From Nostoc parmelioides FACHB-3921 (GTDB lineage Bacteria > Cyanobacteriota > Cyanobacteriia > Cyanobacteriales > Nostocaceae), in NCBI RefSeq assembly GCF_014696625.1, contig NZ_JACJQL010000033.1, forward strand, positions 1 through 32,000: a stretch of 32,000 nucleotides of DNA, in the 5' to 3' direction. How positions within the stretch are numbered: position 1 is the stretch's first letter; every line of letters begins with the position of its first letter. Position numbers and translations under genes: made by a program. This document shows positions 1-6,085 of the stretch, one piece after another. The notes beneath the pieces are model-generated. The model was not told the origin of the DNA. It was given only the letters and a program-made list of their open reading frames with translations, and did not search any database.

Positions 1-81
1 CAAGATTTAGGCGTAGTCAAAGCCCTACGAAAACCAGTCTTCAAGCTGGATCTATCCCCTTTTCCTGCACCCTCTTGACAA

Positions 82-387
82 ATGTGCAATTACTTTAACC
101 TCTCACGGATGCAGCAGCCGTTAGATTATGGTCAAGCTGTGTTGGAGTTGAAAGCCGCAGCCGATACAGATACCGAAATTGCTCAATCAGTGCGGGAAGT
201 GGAAGCAACAGTTAATCAAGATGAATCCCCCAAGGCTGAGGAAATTCAGAAATTAGCCGCAGAAATTCAAGCGCAGCCAGCAATTGTTAATAACTTTGCC
301 AAGTTAGCAGAAAGTATCCAAGCTGAAAAAGGGGCAATGGTTGCCCAACAAATCACAATTCAGGAACAGCACAACACATACAACTGA
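82..387 (+). CDS. Hypothetical 101-aa helical, low-complexity module. It is in frame with the downstream NB-ARC/TPR gene and separated from it by a single TGA, so it is probably that gene's ancestral N-terminus.
   Basis: ATG at 82 and TGA at 385-387. The same frame stays open from 388 into the NB-ARC ORF. No recognisable catalytic motif. Confidence 0.35.
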   Translation: MCNYFNLSRMQQPLDYGQAVLELKAAADTDTEIAQSVREVEATVNQDESPKAEEIQKLAAEIQAQPAIVNNFAKLAESIQAEKGAMVAQQITIQEQHNTYN

Positions 388-456
388 CTACAGTCGCCCG
401 GACAGGAACGGGTAAAGTCAAATCCTGAAATACCGCAAAATTTACCCCTGAGTGGG

Positions 457-2787
457 GTGGTGAAATTTGTGGGACGTGATGAAGAACTGCAAGAACTCCA
501 TAAACTATTGCAGGAAAATAACCAAGTAGCCATTGCGGCAATTTTGGGAATGGGTGGACTGGGTAAAACAGAACTCGCCTTGCAATATGCCATGACTCAG
601 CGCGAAAACTACAAAGGTGGACTGTGCTGGTTACAGGCGAAAGCTGAGGATTTCGGCGTTCAAGTGGTGCGGTTTGCCAGAACTCAGCTTGATTTAAAGC
701 CACCAGAAGAATTTGATTTACCTGCACAAGTACAATACTGCTGGCGGAATTGGCGTGAGGGTAATGTGTTGCTGGTGGTGGATGATGTGACAGATTACCA
801 GCAAATCAGACCTTACCTACAGGGCGTATCTTCCAGATTTAAAGTGTTGATGACTACGCGCCAAAAGTTGGGTGCAGCCATCAAGCAATTATCTTTAGAT
901 GTATTACAACCAGATGCAGCATTGGAGTTGTTACGGTCTTTGCTGACAAAAACACCAGGGCGAATTGAGAGAGAATTAGATGTAGCAAAACAGTTGTGTG
1001 CATGGCTGGGGTATTTGCCTTTGGGTTTAGAGTTGGTGGGGCGATATTTAGCGAAAAAACAAGATTTGTCCCTATTGAAAATGATGGGGCGATTAAAGGA
1101 AAAGGAAAAGGAAAAGGAAAAGCCACTAGAACAAGCTGCGCTTAATAAGCCAGAAGCAGATATGACAGCACAACGGGGAATAAAAGCCGCCTTTGAGTTG
1201 AGTTGGCAGGAATTAGCAGAGGATGATAAGTTATTAGGCTGTGTACTCAGTTTATTTGCAACCGCACCCATACCCTGGAACTTTGTAGAACAGTGCTTAA
1301 CAGAGAAAGATGAGGATGAGTTAGAGGAAATTCGGGATGATAAATTATTGAATCTGCATTTACTCCAGCGCAAAGGTGAAGGAATCTATCAACTGCATCC
1401 CCTACTGCGGGAATTTTTCCAATCTAAGTTTACAGGTTTAGAGCAAGCAGAGGAATGTAAGCGATCGTTTTGTCAGGTAATGGTAGAAGTTGCTAAACAA
1501 ATTCCTTACACTCCTACACTTGAGGAAATTAACGCTGTTTCCCTTGCCATACCACACATAGCTGAAGTAGCAAACAATCCCATTCAATACGTCACTGATG
1601 AAGATATAATTTTGTCTTTCATCGGCTTGGGTCACTTCTATGAAGGAAAAGGGTTATATACCCAAGCCGAACCTTGGTATCAGCAGTGTTTATCAACAGT
1701 ACAAAACCGTTTGGGAGACAATCATCTCTATTTCGCCGTCAGCCTCAACAACTTAGCATTACTGTACCAATCCCAAGGAAAGTATGATCAAGCCGAACCC
1801 CTTTTACTCCAAGCTTTAGAACTATGTAAACGCCTGCTGGGAGAAAATCATCCCTCCGTCGCCGCCAGCCTCAACAACTTGGCAGGACTCTACCGCACCC
1901 AAGGAAAGTATGATCAAGCCGAACCTCTGTATATCCAAGCTTTAGAACTATGTAAACGCCTGCTGGGAGAAAATCATCCCTCAGTCGCCACCAGCCTCAA
2001 CAACTTGGCATTACTCTACAAATCCCAAGGAGAGTACGACCAAGCCGAACCCCTTTTACTCCAAGCTTTAGAACTATGTAAACGCCTGCTGGGAGAAAAT
2101 CATCCCTCAGTCGCCATCAGCCTCAACAACTTGGCAGAACTCTACCGCACCCAAGGAAAGTACGACCAAGCCGAACCTCTGTATATCCAAGCTTTAGCAC
2201 TCAGACAACGCCTGTTGGGAGAAAATCATCCCGATGTCGCCACCAGCCTCAACAACTTGGCATTACTCTACTACTACCAAGGGCGCTACGCTGATGCCGA
2301 ACCTTTAGCATTACAAGCGATAAAAATAGATAAAGAGACTTTAGGAGAAAATCATCCGAATCTAGCAACAGATATACATAATTTAGCTCTAATATATAGA
2401 GAGCAAGAACGTTATAGCGAAGCAGAAGAATTATTTGTGAAAGCCTTAAAGCTCAAACAGTATCTACTGAAAGAAGATCACCCTCTTGTAGCAGATACTA
2501 TATCCGCGTTAGGTTCTATGTATAGGATGCAGGGTCGCTACAAGGAAGCAGAAGAATTTTCTATAAAAGCATTGGAACTCGATAAACGCTTGCTGGGAGA
2601 CGAACACCCCTTGGTTGCTACCAGCCTCGACAACTTGGCATCACTCTACCAACACCAAGGAAAGTACGACGAAGCCGAACCCCTGTATCTCCAAGCTTTG
2701 AATATTTTCGAGGGAAGTTTAGGCGCGAATCATCCTAATACTGTGAATGTGCGTAAGAATTTAGCAAATTTACGCGATTCTCTCTAA
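457..2787 (+). CDS. STAND NTPase: NB-ARC-type P-loop domain plus kinesin-light-chain-like TPR repeats
   Basis: Walker A GMGGLGKTELA, Walker B LLVVDDV, then about 10 TPRs of 42 aa (NNLAxLYxxQGKYDQAEPLxxQAL). The track start is a GTG. The frame is open from 388, and the conserved junction NLPLSGVVKFVGRDEEL begins before 457, so the 5' boundary is uncertain. Confidence 0.9.
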   Translation: MVKFVGRDEELQELHKLLQENNQVAIAAILGMGGLGKTELALQYAMTQRENYKGGLCWLQAKAEDFGVQVVRFARTQLDLKPPEEFDLPAQVQYCWRNWREGNVLLVVDDVTDYQQIRPYLQGVSSRFKVLMTTRQKLGAAIKQLSLDVLQPDAALELLRSLLTKTPGRIERELDVAKQLCAWLGYLPLGLELVGRYLAKKQDLSLLKMMGRLKEKEKEKEKPLEQAALNKPEADMTAQRGIKAAFELSWQELAEDDKLLGCVLSLFATAPIPWNFVEQCLTEKDEDELEEIRDDKLLNLHLLQRKGEGIYQLHPLLREFFQSKFTGLEQAEECKRSFCQVMVEVAKQIPYTPTLEEINAVSLAIPHIAEVANNPIQYVTDEDIILSFIGLGHFYEGKGLYTQAEPWYQQCLSTVQNRLGDNHLYFAVSLNNLALLYQSQGKYDQAEPLLLQALELCKRLLGENHPSVAASLNNLAGLYRTQGKYDQAEPLYIQALELCKRLLGENHPSVATSLNNLALLYKSQGEYDQAEPLLLQALELCKRLLGENHPSVAISLNNLAELYRTQGKYDQAEPLYIQALALRQRLLGENHPDVATSLNNLALLYYYQGRYADAEPLALQAIKIDKETLGENHPNLATDIHNLALIYREQERYSEAEELFVKALKLKQYLLKEDHPLVADTISALGSMYRMQGRYKEAEEFSIKALELDKRLLGDEHPLVATSLDNLASLYQHQGKYDEAEPLYLQALNIFEGSLGANHPNTVNVRKNLANLRDSL
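1095..1122 (+). repeat. In-frame hexanucleotide microsatellite (AAAGGA) x about 4.7, encoding KEKEKEKEK
   Basis: Read directly: aaagga aaagga aaagga aaagga aaag inside the NB-ARC gene. Confidence 0.85.
1735..2300 (+). repeat. About 4.5 near-identical 126-bp tandem units (one 42-aa TPR each) inside the NB-ARC/TPR gene
   Basis: Units start at 1735, 1861, 1987, 2113 and 2239 (gccNNcagcctcaacaacttggca...ctgggagaaaatcatccc). A diverged copy lies near 2617. Confidence 0.85.
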
Positions 2788-2842
2788 TGAGAACACGAAA
2801 ATTTACCTTCCCAACCTCATCACTCTAGCTTTTATCTCCAAG

Positions 2843-3052
2843 TTTCCTGTTTTGAACTCAAAGTTTCATGTTCAGAACCCGAAGTTTCGTGTTCCAAACG
2901 AGAATGTTCCTGTTTCCAACTAAAGCATTCTTGTTTCCAGTGAGAACGTTCTTGTTCTAAACGAGAATGTTTCTGTTTCAAACGAGAACGTTCCTGTTTC
3001 CAGTGAGAATGTTCCTGTTTCAAACGAGAATTTTCTAGTTCTGAGGTCGAAT
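2843..3052. repeat. Intergenic tandem array: 10 copies of a degenerate 21-bp unit, consensus GTTCCTGTTTCAAACGAGAAY
   Basis: Counted by hand with exact 21-bp phasing. The last units are 3011-3031 and 3032-3052. Each unit is an imperfect palindrome GTTC-NN-GTTT-N-AAAC-NN-GAAC. Confidence 0.9.
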
Positions 3053-3069
3053 GATGGTGTTTTGAAGGT

Positions 3070-3238
3070 GTCTACGGTGTATACACATATTTGTGCTGAG
3101 TGCAAAATGTGGTTCGATCCCCCTAAATCCCCCTTCAAAAGGGGGACTTTGATTCTTGTTCCCCCTTTTTTAAGGGGGGCTAGGGGGGATCAAAACGTTA
3201 TGGGGCTAGGTTATTAGACTTGTGTGTACACCGTAGAA
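3070..3238. mobile_element. MITE-like nonautonomous element with terminal inverted repeats and nested G5/C5 hairpins
   Basis: Left end TCTACGGTGTATACACA (3071-3087); right end TGTGTACACCGTAGAA (3223-3238) is its imperfect reverse complement. Internal hairpins cccccttcaaaaggggg and cccccttttttaagggggg are bracketed by gatccccct.../...aggggggatc. No ORF. Confidence 0.5.
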
Positions 3239-3415
3239 AGTTGTAGGGGAGAGGTTTTCCAGATTCCGTGAAAAGTCAGGAGCATCATCAAGTAAATTCA
3301 CGGACGATATGTGGAGTATAACGGGTTTGTTTTGAAAGTGGCGATCGCTTTGATATGATGATCTCATGAGAATATGCTATGTCTCATTATTATTGAAGCT
3401 TGAGGTACTAAAAAC

Positions 3416-3658
3416 ATGGCAACACTTCAACTTAATATTGAGCAAGTTATATCATTGGTAAAGCAATTAGCAGTTCCAGAACAGCGTATGATATTACAAG
3501 CCATCAAAGCAGAACAAGATGCTTGGTGGCAAAGTAGACTTGATGACGGAGAATTACAGATGCGCTCTTTGAGTGCGTCACGCGGGCTTAATTGGGATAT
3601 TATGACCGAACAAGAGCGAGAATACTTTATAGATGATTTGATGCACGAATCTAAATGA
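3416..3658 (+). CDS. Small antitoxin-like protein (addiction-module-type N-terminal helix), 80 aa
   Basis: Its stop overlaps the start of the PIN-like ORF by 4 bp (ATGA). The N-terminus LNIEQVISLVKQLAVPEQRMILQAI resembles cyanobacterial antitoxin components. Family not verified. Confidence 0.5.
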   Translation: MATLQLNIEQVISLVKQLAVPEQRMILQAIKAEQDAWWQSRLDDGELQMRSLSASRGLNWDIMTEQEREYFIDDLMHESK

Positions 3659-3798
3659 TCTCTTATATAGTTGTTTTTGATACAAATACGCTCTTTTCAG
3701 GGTTAGGCTGGCGAGGTAGTCCTTATAGTTGTTTAGAACTTGCAAGAAACGGACAGATTGAATCTGTAACTTGTCGAGAGATTTTATTGGAAGTATAA
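3655..3798 (+). pseudogene. Truncated PIN-domain toxin remnant (47 codons; full-length PINs are about 130 aa)
   Basis: My own translation gives MISYIVVFDTNTLFSGLGWRGSPYSCLELARNGQIESVTCREILLEV*. VVFDTN carries the first PIN acidic residue. The ORF ends at TAA 3796-3798, well before the other catalytic acidic residues. Confidence 0.6.
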
Positions 3799-3955
3799 AT
3801 CTAAGTGCGCTGGCGTTCTGCCCAGTGGAGGCGATCGCTTATAAGTGTCATTGTGCAGAGTATAATTAGCTTGCCCCAATGCAGGCAATACCCACGGTAA
3901 GCTATGCTAACGCTGGTGTGGAAAAAATCAGCTAGGATAAATCAAAGCAACTTGG

Positions 3956-4423
3956 ATGAGTCCAACTTCAACTGACTGTGGCAAAGATGTATCAATGACA
4001 GCAGAAACTCTTGAAAGTCATTTATTAATTCTTGAAGACGACCAAGGTCGTAAAGAATTTTCTTTAGACCAGCCTTTATACTCCATTGGTAGAGACAAGG
4101 AGTCCAATATTCGTTTAGTGTCGCAATTTGTCTCTCGTCGCCATGCTACATTAGTGCGACTGCCAAAAAATAATAATAGTTATTATTACCGCATTGTCGA
4201 TGGTGATGGTAAAGGTAAAGCAAGCGCCAACGGTCTGATGATTAATGGTCGCAAAATCCCAGCCCATGATTTAAAAAATGAAGATGAGATAGTTTTTGGC
4301 CCGAAAGTACGTGCCATTTACTACTTATTAAAGAATACTCAACGCTCAGGACAAACAGACGCTAGTGAATATGACATTACCCTTATCAATCCGGGTATGA
4401 CTGAGGATGTAGAAGAACTGTAA
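3956..4423 (+). CDS. FHA domain protein
   Basis: YSIGRDKESNIRLVSQFVSRRHATL ... ANGLMINGRKI ... DEIVFG matches the FHA core (G-R ... S-x-x-H ... N-G). An internal Met at MTAETL is an alternative start. Confidence 0.85.
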   Translation: MSPTSTDCGKDVSMTAETLESHLLILEDDQGRKEFSLDQPLYSIGRDKESNIRLVSQFVSRRHATLVRLPKNNNSYYYRIVDGDGKGKASANGLMINGRKIPAHDLKNEDEIVFGPKVRAIYYLLKNTQRSGQTDASEYDITLINPGMTEDVEEL

Positions 4424-4464
4424 ACTTCTGACTTGATGAGCATTACTCGCCCAAATTATGATAC

Positions 4465-4481
4465 GGTGGGCGCTGCCCACC
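4465..4481. repeat. GC-rich palindromic mini-repeat (GGTGGGC-GCT-GCCCACC) between convergent genes; possible bidirectional terminator
   Basis: Perfect 7-bp stem and 3-nt loop, read directly. No adjacent T-run. Confidence 0.3.
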
Positions 4482-4577
4482 CTACAAATACTTAAATTTT
4501 GGCAAGGCTAAAATTGGTTTTTAGCATTACCAATTACCAACTCCACAGATATCAATTTTTAATTTTGAGGCGCGATG

Positions 4578-4988
4578 TTAGCCAGCCAGACTTTCGAGAA
4601 GATGCCAATGACGACTACCTTCAATCGACTGCTTAACAAGTTCAAATACTTGCCGACAGTGATTATCCAAGTAGAGGGGTAATTCTTCATTTTTAATCAC
4701 AATACTCATCCGGCTTTCTGTCTCAGTAGCCGTTGATTTATCAATCAGTACTTCCACTTTCACCAATTTAGGAAAAGGAACAGTCCCAGGAATCTCACGG
4801 GCCAAAATGTAATCAGGTGTGTGGTATTGAATTTCTAAATCACAGTCCTGTAACAAGTCTAGAAGCAATGGCTGGAGATAGTCGAAACGGATAGAAATCA
4901 CAAATGAACACGTATAGCGAGCCATAATAGCCCCAAGCCCCTTACAACACTCCGTCCATCCTATAATATCGAAGTAGCAAAACGGCAA
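4578..4988 (-). CDS. Hypothetical protein (114-136 aa)
   Basis: Open frame with no repeat content. The more plausible start is the ATG at 4925 (MARYTCSF...). I recognise no motif. Confidence 0.5.
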   Translation of the reverse strand: MPFCYFDIIGWTECCKGLGAIMARYTCSFVISIRFDYLQPLLLDLLQDCDLEIQYHTPDYILAREIPGTVPFPKLVKVEVLIDKSTATETESRMSIVIKNEELPLYLDNHCRQVFELVKQSIEGSRHWHLLESLAG

Positions 4989-5209
4989 GTAATTATAGAT
5001 TCCTTAAACAAAAATGCTGATTTTAGTGGGAGGTGAATTCCGTTGGAATGCTTGACTACAAAGGGATAGGGATTTTGGTAACAGGTAATGGGTGATTGGT
5101 AATTTGACTCTTATCCATTACCTACTGCTAAAGTAGCTTTGGCAATAACTGTATGTTTTTATACGGATAACAAGGCGCATCAAGGGCGGAGTTTAGAAGA
5201 AAAGGTGTT

Positions 5210-5941
5210 TCAGAATTTTTTTCGGATATAAACTGCACCAATAGTCATGGCTACAATCTGCATCCAGTAGGCTAGGCTTGGTTGATTGACTCCCACCGGG
5301 GGAATGTTTAAACTACCAATGCCATAAAATAACTGTTGAATATACCACCATAATGAATAGAAAGAAGCAGGTAATTCAATGGGAATATAAATAAGAATTA
5401 ACGGTAAAATTGTGTCTATTTTGACCTGAGAAAATTTAATTATATAAGCCCCCAAAACTGCGGCGATCGCTCCATTTGCACCAACAAGTGGTACAGTCAA
5501 ATTTGGTTCAACTATAATTTGCGCTAACCCTGTGATAATACCAGCAACCAGATAAAATCCTAAATAGCGCCTATGTCCTAAAATATTCTCTACTGCTTTA
5601 CCAAACACCCATAAAAATAACATATTCCCCAATATTTGGCTAAAACTGCCGTGGATAAATATGGCGAACAACAAAGAGAATAAACGCCCAAACACAACTA
5701 CCAAAGCCGCAGGATTTATCAGTACATTATTAAGTGTTGTGCTAATCTGGGATGGGACTAAACCCCAAGTGTTAATGAAAGAACTTAATTCACCACTCAG
5801 TTCTAGTTTGATTTCCCAGAGGAAGATAAAAATATTAATACCAATCAACCAATAATTAATAATCGGTCGTTCACGAAAATGTAAGTTATCACTAATAGGA
5901 ATCATTAAATTTGTTAGTAAGGGCAGGTTTATAAAGATCAT
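5210..5941 (-). CDS. Rhomboid-family membrane protein with substituted catalytic dyad (probable pseudoprotease)
   Basis: Rhomboid signatures IHGSFSQILGNMLFLWVFG and GANGAIAAVLGAY, multiple TM helices. The GxSG serine is Asn (aat) and the TM6 AHxGG histidine is Gln (LAYWMQIVAM). Confidence 0.8.
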   Translation of the reverse strand: MIFINLPLLTNLMIPISDNLHFRERPIINYWLIGINIFIFLWEIKLELSGELSSFINTWGLVPSQISTTLNNVLINPAALVVVFGRLFSLLFAIFIHGSFSQILGNMLFLWVFGKAVENILGHRRYLGFYLVAGIITGLAQIIVEPNLTVPLVGANGAIAAVLGAYIIKFSQVKIDTILPLILIYIPIELPASFYSLWWYIQQLFYGIGSLNIPPVGVNQPSLAYWMQIVAMTIGAVYIRKKF

Positions 5942-6085
5942 CGTCTGAGAGTGCGGATATTTGTAAACCCGCCCGTACAGTGGTCAGTAGTCATTAGTTA
6001 TTACCCCCTGCTTCTTCTCCCCGCACCTTAAAGAATCTGTGGCAAGATTGGAATCAGACACAATGCACTCAAGTAGGTAAACTGG

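Noticed and set aside
353-1635. Minus-strand ORFs 353-727, 360-593, 813-1373, 881-1126 and 1438-1635 from the track
   Set aside because: All lie antisense within the well-supported NB-ARC/TPR gene. Their translations are low-complexity (for example FPFPFPFP from the AAAGGA microsatellite) and carry no motifs.
2843-3052. Possible CRISPR array (also considered for the STRR arrays at 9624 and 26609)
   Set aside because: The repeats are contiguous with no unique spacers, the units are 21 bp or 7 bp, and no cas genes are present in the window.
2832-3138. Minus-strand ORFs 2832-3023 and 2920-3138 (KQEHSRLEQERSHW... and TGTFSLETGTFSFET...)
   Set aside because: Their 7-aa periodicity is the direct translation of the 21-bp tandem repeat in two frames. 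The second ORF runs into the MITE-like hairpins. Neither has a start context or any non-repeat sequence.
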